DNA from: Opitutus sp. GAS368
GTDB lineage: Bacteria > Verrucomicrobiota > Verrucomicrobiia > Opitutales > Opitutaceae
DNA: 52,345 nucleotides
Direction: 5' to 3'
NCBI GenBank assembly: GCA_945861645.1
Contig: CAMAVZ010000013.1
Span: 1 to 52,345, forward strand
A program made the position numbers and the translations under genes. This document shows positions 1 through 8,764 of the stretch, in pieces. The stretch's first letter is position 1. Each line of letters starts with the position of its first letter. The notes beneath the pieces are model-generated. The model was not told the origin of the DNA. It saw nothing but the letters and a program-made list of their open reading frames with translations, and did not search any database.

Positions 1-837
1 GGCCACTAGTTCCGTGGCGCTCAAGCCATCCTCCAGACTAGACGCCACGCCCGCACTTAAAGTGACCTCGATCGTCAATTCGGGGCGCACGATGCAAGGG
101 GTTTCGAGCAGCAAAACCCCCAGCCGCTTCATGCTCGCCATCGCCGTAGCGCGATCGGTTTCCACCATGATCAAAGCAAATTCTTCCCCGCCATAGCGCG
201 CCACCCGATCCACGTTGCGAATTTGCCCAGCGAGCAGACTGGCTACATGACGCAAGACTTCATCTCCCACCTGATGACCATGGGTATCATTAATTAGCTT
301 AAAATAATCGATATCGATCATGATGAGAGAAAAGGGACGATGAAAGCGCACGCCCCGATCCCACTCCTCCTCGAGAATTCGCTGAAATTCACGGCGATTA
401 AGTAAATGCGTGAGCTCATCGCGCTGCGCCAATTGACGCATTTGCGCCAAGGTTTCATCTAGCTTTAGCGCATAGCGCAGCGAGCGTTCCAGCAAGCGGG
501 GTGTCACCGCGGCCTTTACAAGATAATCCACTGCCCCTGCCTCCATAGCCGCATGGTCGACCTCTTCGCTGTCTTCAGCGGTCAATAAAATGACGGGGGT
601 CACAGAGCCACCGATCCGCGCCTCCCGCAGTAGCGCCAATCCGTCAGTCTCGCCCAAACGATCGACCAGCAGAGCGGCGGCGTATTGTCCGCTGAGTAAT
701 TTCTTCAACCCGTCGCTATGAGTCGCCGCCACGGTCAAGCTAAAGGGCTTACGGCGAAAATTATTTACCATCTCCTCCATCAACCGCTGCTGGTGACGGT
801 CATCTTCAATCAGAAGAATTTTCCTAACCTGATTCAT
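1..837 (-). CDS. Response-regulator diguanylate cyclase (REC + GGDEF), 3' end truncated by window edge
   Basis: Not in the ORF track; translated by hand from ATG at 837: MNQVRKILLIEDD...PVILLTA...AGAVDYLVK (receiver), then RDELTHLLNRR...DIDYFKLINDTHGHQVGD...RNVDRVARYGGEEF (GGEEF active site with RxxD I-site). Frame stays open to position 1. Confidence 0.93.
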   Translation of the reverse strand, partial: MNQVRKILLIEDDRHQQRLMEEMVNNFRRKPFSLTVAATHSDGLKKLLSGQYAAALLVDRLGETDGLALLREARIGGSVTPVILLTAEDSEEVDHAAMEAGAVDYLVKAAVTPRLLERSLRYALKLDETLAQMRQLAQRDELTHLLNRREFQRILEEEWDRGVRFHRPFSLIMIDIDYFKLINDTHGHQVGDEVLRHVASLLAGQIRNVDRVARYGGEEFALIMVETDRATAMASMKRLGVLLLETPCIVRPELTIEVTLSAGVASSLEDGLSATELVA

Positions 838-1649
838 CGATCAGCCGACGAAGAGGCCACGCCAGCCACGAGATCAGCAGCCGTGATTCGCAAGCGAGCC
901 GGCAGCCCCGCGCGGTTGGCGAGATTATCACGGATCACATTGACGAGCGCACTGCCCACCACAACGCCATCTGCACAACGAGCCACTTGCCGCACTTGCT
1001 CACGGGTTGAAATGCCAAAGCCGACCGCAACGGGTAGTTTCGTGTGCTGCCGAATTCGCGCCACCGCTTCCGGTATATTGTTAGCGACTTGCTGACGCAC
1101 GCCGGTGACCCCTTCGCGTGAGACATAATAAATAAATCCTGTCGCCGCTGCGCTTATGATCGCCAACCGCGCCGGGGGAGTGGTGGGAGCAACAATGAAA
1201 ACCGTCTTCAAATCGTGCTGGGTACACGCCGCCAAGACTTCGCCCGCCTCTTCGGGCGGCAGGTCCAGCGTCAACATACCATCCACCCCAGCCGCTTTGG
1301 CCACCTGGATGTAAGCCTCAACCCCATTAGAAAATACTAAATTATAGTAAGTGTAGAAAATGATCGGTACTTCGCTGAATTCCCGAATCCGGCGGACGAG
1401 TTCAAACACGCGCGCCGCAGTCATCCCCCCGTCCAGCGCCCGTTGCGCCGCCAACTGGTTAGTCGGCCCGTCAGCTAAGGGATCTGAAAACGGCACCCCA
1501 AGTTCCAACACATCAGCGCCGGCTTCTAGGACGGCGCGACACGCCGCGAGTGAGGTATCGAAGTCCGGATCGCCGGCACACAGATAAGCAATAAAAGCGG
1601 CCCGTTTTTCACGAGCAGCACGGGCAAAAGCTTGGGCGAGACGGTCCAT
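834..1649 (-). CDS. trpA: Tryptophan synthase alpha subunit
   Basis: Motifs GDPD, ELGVPFSDPLADGP, YYVSREGVTG, VGFGIS, DGVVVGSA. Likely start MDRLAQAF at 1649 (ORF track extends to 1706). Confidence 0.96.
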   Translation of the reverse strand: MDRLAQAFARAAREKRAAFIAYLCAGDPDFDTSLAACRAVLEAGADVLELGVPFSDPLADGPTNQLAAQRALDGGMTAARVFELVRRIREFSEVPIIFYTYYNLVFSNGVEAYIQVAKAAGVDGMLTLDLPPEEAGEVLAACTQHDLKTVFIVAPTTPPARLAIISAAATGFIYYVSREGVTGVRQQVANNIPEAVARIRQHTKLPVAVGFGISTREQVRQVARCADGVVVGSALVNVIRDNLANRAGLPARLRITAADLVAGVASSSADR

Positions 1650-1740
1650 GGATAATGAGGTTCGAAAGCTAGGTGGCAGGGGTCGAGAGAAAATTGCGCT
1701 GATCATTTTTGACGGGGATCAAGCTAACTAGGTGATCAAA

Positions 1741-1769
1741 ACTATCGTTTCAGCGCGAATTCTCGTCAA
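1741..1769 (-). promoter_or_regulatory. Putative sigma70 promoter for trpA
   Basis: Minus strand TTGACG-N17-GATAGT upstream of trpA. Confidence 0.45.
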
Positions 1770-1933
1770 TTTGCTGCAAAGCGACCAAATTAACGGCTAG
1801 ACGTTGAATCAGCCGGGCAATTTTAGGCAAATTTGCGCTAATCTTAGCCTTAGCCTAAGCCCTTGAGGCCAAGGCAATGCCCCACAAGCTTGGGCCATGT
1901 TGAAGGGAGAAGGCGATAACGCGCCATGAAAAG

Positions 1934-2011
1934 TGGGGCGGCCAACGGGATTCGAACCCGCGACCCCAAGAATCACAATCTTGTGCTCTAACCAACTGAG
2001 CTATGGCCGCC
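1934..2011 (-). tRNA. tRNA-His (GTG)
   Basis: Reverse complement GGCGGCCATAGCTCAGTTGGTTAGAGCACAAGATTGTGATTCTTGGGGTCGCGGGTTCGAATCCCGTTGGCCGCCCCA: D loop, GTG anticodon, TTCGAA T loop, encoded CCA, G-1. Confidence 0.97.
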
Positions 2012-2029
2012 GTAAAATCTGGAACGGGG

Positions 2030-2058
2030 AACATCCATATCCCCCCCATCGCTGTCAA
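2030..2058 (-). promoter_or_regulatory. Putative sigma70 promoter for tRNA-His
   Basis: Minus strand perfect TTGACA, 17-nt spacer, GATGTT, about 18 nt upstream of the tRNA. Confidence 0.5.
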
Positions 2059-2212
2059 CTATTCTCCCGAAGCGCCCCAAACCACCGATTCTCCGTCGTG
2101 GCGCCGACCTCAGCGGGATCAGCTCAACGCGAAGCCCTACAACTGCTCATCTTCGTGATTTTTGTAAAAACCACCTCGCCTCACTCACGAATTGAGCTAT
2201 CTAATTTCATCC

Positions 2213-2848
2213 ATGATTTCCTTCAAAAAGCTATTGGGTAAGGAAGAAAAGTTTTACGACTTGCTCGAGGCGAGTGCTGAAGAGGCTAAAATAAGTGCGG
2301 GCTTGCTCGCCAAGATTCTGGCGAACGATAGCGCGGCCCAGACGTCGAGCATTCACGATATCATCCAGGCTCGCCGCAAGGACAAGCGCATCACGCAGCA
2401 AATCACGGAGGAACTCTGCAAAACTTTCGTCACGCCGTTCGAACGGGAGGATATCGAGGCTCTCTCCCTTGCCCTCTATCGCATTCCTAAAACGGTCGAA
2501 AAAATCGTGGAGCGCTTGACCATTTGCCCTGCCCGCGTGCCGCGCGCCAGTATGCAGCGCCAGGTTGTCCTGCTGGAAGAAGCGGTCGACTCAGTTGTCT
2601 TCATGGTCAAGGAATTGCGCAAAGGCACCCAAATCGAACGCATCCAAGATGCGCATTCGCGTCTCCAATTCGCTGAAGGCGAGGCCGACAAAGTCATGCT
2701 AGCCCTCGTCAAGGATCTCTACAACGGTCCGTACGAGGCGAAAGAAGTGGTTATTTTAATGGAGCTTTATGATCTCGTGGAGACCGCCGTCGATCGCGCG
2801 CGCGACGCCGGCCTCGTAGTCTTTCAGATCATGTTAAAATATTCCTAA
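2213..2848 (+). CDS. DUF47 family phosphate transport regulator (PiT accessory)
   Basis: FVTPFEREDI motif, E..AD....L helical repeats, directly upstream of a PiT gene; ATG at 2213 preferred. Confidence 0.9.
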   Translation: MISFKKLLGKEEKFYDLLEASAEEAKISAGLLAKILANDSAAQTSSIHDIIQARRKDKRITQQITEELCKTFVTPFEREDIEALSLALYRIPKTVEKIVERLTICPARVPRASMQRQVVLLEEAVDSVVFMVKELRKGTQIERIQDAHSRLQFAEGEADKVMLALVKDLYNGPYEAKEVVILMELYDLVETAVDRARDAGLVVFQIMLKYS

Positions 2849-2875
2849 GCCCGACCGCTGATCGCGACCGAGCCC

Positions 2876-3943
2876 ATGACTATCTTTCTTATCGTTCTCC
2901 TGGCGGCATTGGCTTTTGAGTACATCAACGGCTTTCATGATGCCGCAAATGCCATCGCCACGGTCGTTTCAACCAAAGTACTGACGCCGCGCCAGGCGAT
3001 TGCGTTGGCGGCGGTATTTAATCTGGTCGGAGCTCTCATGGGTACCGCCGTCGCCAGCACGATCGGCAAGGGTTTGGTGGACACTCATTACGTGACCATG
3101 GTTACGATCTTTGCTGGCCTCACTGGAGCGATCGTGTGGAATTTGCTCACGTGGTGGCTGGGCCTGCCGTCGAGCTCAAGTCATGCCCTAATCGGAGGGC
3201 TGTGCGGCGCGGCCATCGCTTCAGCTGATGGCAACTGGAACGTAATGCACTGGGCGACGACCGATGCCAAGGGAGCCGCCGCCGGCCTTTGGCCCAAGGT
3301 GGTTTTGCCCATGCTCACCTCCCCGCTCGTTGGATTCTTCGGCGGGGCGGTGCTGATGCTTTTGCTCACCATGCTGGTGCACCGCCTCCGGCCGCGCATC
3401 GTGAATGGAATATTTGGCAAGCTACAGCTGGTGAGCGCTGGCTTCATGGCGCATAGTCATGGTTCCAATGATGCGCAAAAAACGATGGGCATCATCGCCC
3501 TCGCCCTTTTCACCGGCACAAAATCGGGCGCCTTTAAGGATTTGCCGGACTGGCTGGCTTTTCTGCGCACTCCGGAATTTGTCGTAGATCAATGGGTGGT
3601 CATCACCTGCGCCGTCGTCATGGCAGCGGGTACGGCCGCCGGCGGCTGGCGCATCATTCGCACCATGGGTCACAAAATGGTTAAACTCCAACCCGTGCAC
3701 GGCTTCGCTGCCGAGACGACTGCCGCCATGATCATCCACTTTGCCTCTACCTTGGGCATCCCCCTTTCCACCACTCACGCTATTTCCACCTCGATTATGG
3801 GCGTGGGCGTGGCGAAACGTTTTAGCGCCGTCAAATGGGGCGTGGTCGAACGCATTATCTGGGCATGGATCTTCACCTTGCCAGCGTGCGGGCTCATGGG
3901 CTATCTCACCCAATTGCTCTGCACTCAATTGGGTTATCGCTAG
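2876..3943 (+). CDS. Inorganic phosphate transporter, PiT family
   Basis: Signature motifs NGFHDAANAIAT, GLPSSSSHALIGG, HGSNDAQKTMG, GIPLSTTH; many TM segments. Confidence 0.96.
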   Translation: MTIFLIVLLAALAFEYINGFHDAANAIATVVSTKVLTPRQAIALAAVFNLVGALMGTAVASTIGKGLVDTHYVTMVTIFAGLTGAIVWNLLTWWLGLPSSSSHALIGGLCGAAIASADGNWNVMHWATTDAKGAAAGLWPKVVLPMLTSPLVGFFGGAVLMLLLTMLVHRLRPRIVNGIFGKLQLVSAGFMAHSHGSNDAQKTMGIIALALFTGTKSGAFKDLPDWLAFLRTPEFVVDQWVVITCAVVMAAGTAAGGWRIIRTMGHKMVKLQPVHGFAAETTAAMIIHFASTLGIPLSTTHAISTSIMGVGVAKRFSAVKWGVVERIIWAWIFTLPACGLMGYLTQLLCTQLGYR

Positions 3944-3965
3944 GAAGGTCGGTCCCGAAAAAAAT

Positions 3966-6530
3966 TCAGGCCGACGAGATGACCGGCGCCGGTGGACCGG
4001 CGAGCACCGCATTGAGTTGCTCCGCTTCACCTGTCTCAACAGCGCTGAGCTGAATCAGGCTGTGCAGCGAATTGAAATGCTTCGTCCATTCAAAGTCACC
4101 GCCGTGTCCATCAATGACCTGATTGAAAAGCAGCTTCTTCTCGACCTTAAGCGCCTGGATACGCTCTTCGATGGTGCCAGCGGTAACCATACGGTAGACG
4201 AACACCGTATTCGTCTGACCAATCCGATGCACGCGGTCGATGGCTTGATCCTCCACCGCGGGATTCCACCACGGATCGAGCAAGAAAACATAGTCAGCCG
4301 CATGCAAAGTAATGCCCGTGCCGGCCGCTTTAAGACTAACGAGCATGGCGGCGGCCCCTCGCGCGGTCTGGAAATCTCGCACGGGCTTCTGCCGATCAAC
4401 TGTCATGCCCGTAATTTCATAGCGGGGTAATTCTGGGTAATGCTGAATGAGGGCCGCGCGGACCCGATCCAGCAGGGTAACAAATTGTGAAAAAATCACG
4501 ACCTTGTGACCACTCCCCACCACCTCGGCTAATTTTTCAATCAGCAGCTGCAGCTTGCCGCTGTTCGTCAGCGGAGAATTTAACCACGGCAGCAAATCTG
4601 GGTCACAACACACCTGCCGCAACCGGGTCAGTAGCGCGAGAAAACCAAATGATTTTTCCCGTAAGGCCAACCCGATGTCCTCGCCCAGCCGCGCTAAACC
4701 TTCCGTACAAATACGCGCATACTCGGTGCGCTGCACCTCGGTTAGCGGACACAACAAATCCATTTCCACTTTGGGCGGCAGCTCTTTGGCTACTTCATTT
4801 TTTGTCCGCCGCAGAATAAAAGGCGCCACCTGCTGGCGCAGTCGCTGCATCGTGCCCTCGCGATCATGCAGCAAAGCAGCCTCAAAAGCCGTGCGCGAGC
4901 CCAGCAGACCGGGAAGCAAGTAACGGAAGATCGACCAGAGATCGAGTTGCCGATTTTCTAGCGGCGTACCCGTGAGCACTAAACGGTGTTGAGTGCGAAT
5001 AGCGAAACAGGCCTGCGTTACTTTAGCGTCAGGATTTTTAATAAACTGACCCTCATCCAGAATTGCGTAGCCAAATTCTAGGCCATCCAGGAGCGACCGA
5101 TGCTTGCGGAGTTGCGTATAGCTCGCGAGCCAGATGCAGGGCGCTGGGTTGGTCTTGAAATTATTGCCTGATTTCAGCGTGTCGATCTTGGCCCCGGGAT
5201 AAAAGCGGGCCAACTCCTCTCGCCAGACCGGCACCACGCTCGCTGGGCACACCACCAAATGCCGCCGGCCCAGCATCGGCCGGGATTCCAGCAAGGCGAT
5301 AACTTGGGCGGTCTTGCCCAAACCCATCTCATCGGCGAGCAGGCCGTGACACTCCGTCTCGCATAAATGGTGCATCCACTCCACTCCACGGCATTGATAT
5401 TGGCGCAAAAATTCTGGGAGCGCCGGTGGCGCTGGCGACGGCGATAAAACTTTCTGCCGCCACGCGTCGAGCTCTGTGCCGAGCGTAACTTTGATGCGGT
5501 TATCGTTGAAGAGGGAAAAAATTAAATAAGGAGGAATTGTCCCATCGATAGAAGTTTCCTCAAAATTGCGGCGCCACTGGTTAAAGCTTTCCCACTTTTC
5601 CGGCGTCATGGTGACGATGCCTAAATCGGGCAAAAGCATCGGTGTTCGCCCATGCTTCAGCAAAGCCGCGGCTTGTTCCTTCGTCAGGAGCTTTTCGCCC
5701 GCCCGGAAAATCCAGCGCAAATTGAGTCCGCCGCCGCTGTGGCGATCCGCCACGGCTTCGATCTCGATCACCCGCGCACCCTGCTTGAGGTTGCCGACCT
5801 TCACATCTAACTCGATCGCGAATTGCTTTTTCCAATGGGGCAAGAGGTCGCGGAGAAAGCCGGGAATATCACTCAGCGCATCGAGCGCATAAGCGTGGGT
5901 ACTCTGGTTGTAACGGAAGTGGGCCTTTCGCGCATAGGTCGCTAGCGCGATGAGCTTGGCCCGCTCAGCGGCCGTCGGATGGTTTAAGGTATTGCCGAGC
6001 GCCGGGATTCGGCTGCGCCCTTGCTTCCAGTAAGCGAGGAAAACCAATCCGTCTGCCGTCGTGGTGAAACTTAAGAGCAGATCCCGCGGGGGCTGATTGG
6101 AATCATGCTTAGGGGCGGATGGGTTACTAACCGGACCGTGACCGTTGGTCCCCGGGCTCACGTTCGACTTGGCCGATGTCCCCGGCAGCAGCGCCGCGAT
6201 TTCATCAACCAATAATTCTTCAATCTCATGCAACCCGGCCACCGCGATGGCGTGAGCTAAGCCTAAGTCAGTTGACGAGGACCGCACCTTGAGTTCCTCC
6301 CCGTCCCACTCGATGACCGTATATTCTTCGCGTTTCTCAACCTTGCGATGAATAATGGCATCCTTCGCGCCCAATTCTACTTCGCGGATCTCGCCGTTAC
6401 GATACATCTCGTGACCGCGCTCCACTTGGGACGCGTCAAAATGCCCCTCCCAGTCGGCCTCAAGGCGGCCGAACCAGAATTCGAGCGATTGCGGAGTATA
6501 GATACGCTTGGGCCCGTGGGTTTGCATCAA
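3966..6530 (-). CDS. SNF2-family DEAD/DEAH ATPase/helicase
   Basis: LADEMGLGKT, LDEGQFIKN, LTGTPLEN, LRRTK, DPWWNPAVEDQAIDRVHRIGQ. Confidence 0.95.
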   Translation of the reverse strand: MMQTHGPKRIYTPQSLEFWFGRLEADWEGHFDASQVERGHEMYRNGEIREVELGAKDAIIHRKVEKREEYTVIEWDGEELKVRSSSTDLGLAHAIAVAGLHEIEELLVDEIAALLPGTSAKSNVSPGTNGHGPVSNPSAPKHDSNQPPRDLLLSFTTTADGLVFLAYWKQGRSRIPALGNTLNHPTAAERAKLIALATYARKAHFRYNQSTHAYALDALSDIPGFLRDLLPHWKKQFAIELDVKVGNLKQGARVIEIEAVADRHSGGGLNLRWIFRAGEKLLTKEQAAALLKHGRTPMLLPDLGIVTMTPEKWESFNQWRRNFEETSIDGTIPPYLIFSLFNDNRIKVTLGTELDAWRQKVLSPSPAPPALPEFLRQYQCRGVEWMHHLCETECHGLLADEMGLGKTAQVIALLESRPMLGRRHLVVCPASVVPVWREELARFYPGAKIDTLKSGNNFKTNPAPCIWLASYTQLRKHRSLLDGLEFGYAILDEGQFIKNPDAKVTQACFAIRTQHRLVLTGTPLENRQLDLWSIFRYLLPGLLGSRTAFEAALLHDREGTMQRLRQQVAPFILRRTKNEVAKELPPKVEMDLLCPLTEVQRTEYARICTEGLARLGEDIGLALREKSFGFLALLTRLRQVCCDPDLLPWLNSPLTNSGKLQLLIEKLAEVVGSGHKVVIFSQFVTLLDRVRAALIQHYPELPRYEITGMTVDRQKPVRDFQTARGAAAMLVSLKAAGTGITLHAADYVFLLDPWWNPAVEDQAIDRVHRIGQTNTVFVYRMVTAGTIEERIQALKVEKKLLFNQVIDGHGGDFEWTKHFNSLHSLIQLSAVETGEAEQLNAVLAGPPAPVISSA

Positions 6531-6611
6531 GCTAAAGGTGAACGTTAGGAACTTTCGCGTACGGCGTGCAACTCCTATTTGGCATTTTTACCCCAGCTCA
6601 CCATCGACCAT

Positions 6612-6651
6612 AATTCACATCATTGTCACGGACACGCCACGTTGAATTCAC
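6612..6651 (+). promoter_or_regulatory. Pho-box-like array (four direct repeats, 11-bp period)
   Basis: AATTCAC 6612, TTGTCAC 6623, ACGCCAC 6634, AATTCAC 6645; resembles CTGTCAT/C half-sites of PhoB boxes; upstream of a GT4/PlcP-like operon. Confidence 0.65.
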
Positions 6652-6715
6652 ATTGCTCGCCCAAGCTAATAATGACTCGATCGGAGGTTAGTGACCAACG
6701 AACGAGTTAACCTGC

Positions 6716-7924
6716 GTGAACCTTGCTCTCGTTACAGAAACTTATTCTCCAGAAATAAACGGTGTCGCCATGACCCTCGGCCGCCTCGTGGACGGCCTCG
6801 CTCAACGCGGCCATCGGCTGACAATTATTCGTCCGCGCCAACGGCATGAGTCCCCGCGCTTCAGCGTAACTCAACGCGTCGCCTGCCGCCAAGTGCGCCT
6901 ACCAGGCATTCCAATTCCTGGTTACCCTCAACTTCGACTGGGCCTGCCCGCTAGTCGGCGCCTCCGCCAACTCTGGTCCTTGAGCCGCCCTGATTTAGTG
7001 CATGTCGCCACCGAAGGCCCCCTCGGCGCCTCGGCCATCACCACCGCTCACGAATTTGGTATTCCCGTGACCTCGAGCTTTCATACCAATTTTGATCAAT
7101 ACACCCGCGATTATCGCATCGGTTGGTTAAAGCCGGTCGTCGCCGCGTGGCTGCGCCACCTTCACAATCGAACGCGCCGCACTTTCGTGCCCACGCCGAC
7201 CTTGCTCACCCGGCTCTCCACAGAAGGATACACTAACCTGCGTTTACTTTCGCGGGGCGTGGATACGGCACTTTTTTATCCCGCCCAGCGCGATGCATCA
7301 CTGCGCGCCTCCTGGGGGGTAGCGCCGGAGGATCCGGTTATTGTGCATGTCGGGAGAATCGCTCCGGAGAAAAATTACCCACTGCTCTTCCGCGCCTTCG
7401 ATGCGGTTAAAGCAGTCGAGCCACGGGCTCGACTCGTGCTGGTCGGCGATGGGCCCCGACTATCTGCGTATCAACGCCAACGCCCTGACGTAATTTTCAC
7501 GGGCTTTTACACCGGCCTTAATCTCGCCCGACACTACGCCTCGGGTGATCTCTACCTGCACGCGAGTTCAACCGAGACGTTCGGCAACGTTATCACCGAG
7601 GCTCTCGCGAGCGGCCTAGCGGTCAGCGCGTTCGATTACGCAGCCGCCCATGAATTTATTCGCCACGAGGAAAATGGCCTGGTCGCACCGGCCGACGATG
7701 AGGTCGCCTTTTTTGCTAACGCGAGGCGGCTCATCACTGACCGGCCGCTGCGCCAACGCCTGCGCGCCGCTGCGCCTGGCGCCGTTCACAACCGATCGTG
7801 GGATGCGGTCATCGATGGTTTTGCCGCCGATCTGACGGAAGCGATGCACGAAATTCCCACGCCCCCGCGATCTTCGCCAAAATTGACCCACCCGCAAACT
7901 CGCCCTGCAGCTGACCGCTCATGA
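6716..7924 (+). CDS. GT4 glycosyltransferase (Agt-like glycolipid synthase candidate)
   Basis: TETYSPEINGV, VHVATEGPLG, FHTNF, VGRIAPEKN, STETFGNVITEALASG (ExxxxxxxE GT-B motif). Confidence 0.9.
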   Translation: MNLALVTETYSPEINGVAMTLGRLVDGLAQRGHRLTIIRPRQRHESPRFSVTQRVACRQVRLPGIPIPGYPQLRLGLPASRRLRQLWSLSRPDLVHVATEGPLGASAITTAHEFGIPVTSSFHTNFDQYTRDYRIGWLKPVVAAWLRHLHNRTRRTFVPTPTLLTRLSTEGYTNLRLLSRGVDTALFYPAQRDASLRASWGVAPEDPVIVHVGRIAPEKNYPLLFRAFDAVKAVEPRARLVLVGDGPRLSAYQRQRPDVIFTGFYTGLNLARHYASGDLYLHASSTETFGNVITEALASGLAVSAFDYAAAHEFIRHEENGLVAPADDEVAFFANARRLITDRPLRQRLRAAAPGAVHNRSWDAVIDGFAADLTEAMHEIPTPPRSSPKLTHPQTRPAADRS

Positions 7925-8736
7925 GCAAACCCGCCCTCCATGTTCGCTCCGTTATCGTCTCAGATGTTCACCTCGGCACCCCCCACAGCAAGGTCGAGGA
8001 AGTAACCCACTTCCTCAAACACGTCCGCTGCGATCGGCTTATTTTAAACGGGGACATCATTGACGGCTGGCGCCTACGCCGCGGGGGAACTTGGACTAAA
8101 GCGCACACCCGTTTTATTCGGCGCGTCCTGACCATGATTCAAAAACGCGATACGGAAGTAATTTACTTACGGGGAAATCATGACGATTTCATCGGCCGCT
8201 TACTGCCGCTGCAATTCGACCGCCTCAACTTAGTGGAAGAGTATATCTTGGAAACCGCCCAGGGACGTTATCTCGTCCTCCACGGCGATGTTTTTGATGG
8301 GATCATCAAGCACATGGTTATCTTAGCGCACCTCGGCGACGCCGGCTACGCTCTCCTCTTGCGCCTGAATCGCTTCTATAACTGGTTTCGCGCGCTTCGC
8401 GGCAAAGAATATTTCTCCCTCAGCCAAGCGATCAAAGCTCGCGTCAAACAAGCGGTTAGCTTCATCGGGAAATTCGAGGACCAGATTGCCTCGCTCGCGC
8501 GTGACCGCGGCTGCCGCGGTGTGATCTGTGGGCACATTCATACACCGGCGGATAAAATGATTGGCGATATCCATTATCTCAACTCGGGCGACTGGGTTGA
8601 GTCACTGACGGCCATCATCGAACACCACGATGGCCGCTTTGAACTGCTCACCTTTCAGCAATTTCTTGCTCAATTCCCCCGGCCCTCCGCTCCCACGATC
8701 GATGAAATTGATGAGCTAGCGCCACTGCCGGCCTGA
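7921..8736 (+). CDS. Metallophosphoesterase, PlcP/LpxH2-like (phospholipase C candidate)
   Basis: SDVHLG, GDIIDGW, GNHD, HGD, GHIH, NSGDWVES motifs; ATGA overlap with the GT4 gene. Confidence 0.85.
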   Translation: MSKPALHVRSVIVSDVHLGTPHSKVEEVTHFLKHVRCDRLILNGDIIDGWRLRRGGTWTKAHTRFIRRVLTMIQKRDTEVIYLRGNHDDFIGRLLPLQFDRLNLVEEYILETAQGRYLVLHGDVFDGIIKHMVILAHLGDAGYALLLRLNRFYNWFRALRGKEYFSLSQAIKARVKQAVSFIGKFEDQIASLARDRGCRGVICGHIHTPADKMIGDIHYLNSGDWVESLTAIIEHHDGRFELLTFQQFLAQFPRPSAPTIDEIDELAPLPA

Positions 8737-8764
8737 TGGCACGGACGCCGTTCCAAGCTCACCC

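Noticed and set aside
1844..1865. Short TTAGCC-TTAGCC-TAAGCC repeat downstream of the tRNA
   Set aside because: Only three hexamers with no spacers; too short to call a CRISPR or functional repeat.
1934..2011. tRNA-His as an integration site for a genomic island
   Set aside because: No integrase, no duplicated tRNA 3' end seen in the window, and the flanks are housekeeping genes.
2100..2212. Pho box upstream of DUF47-PiT
   Set aside because: No 11-bp-phased TCAC/TCAT repeats found.
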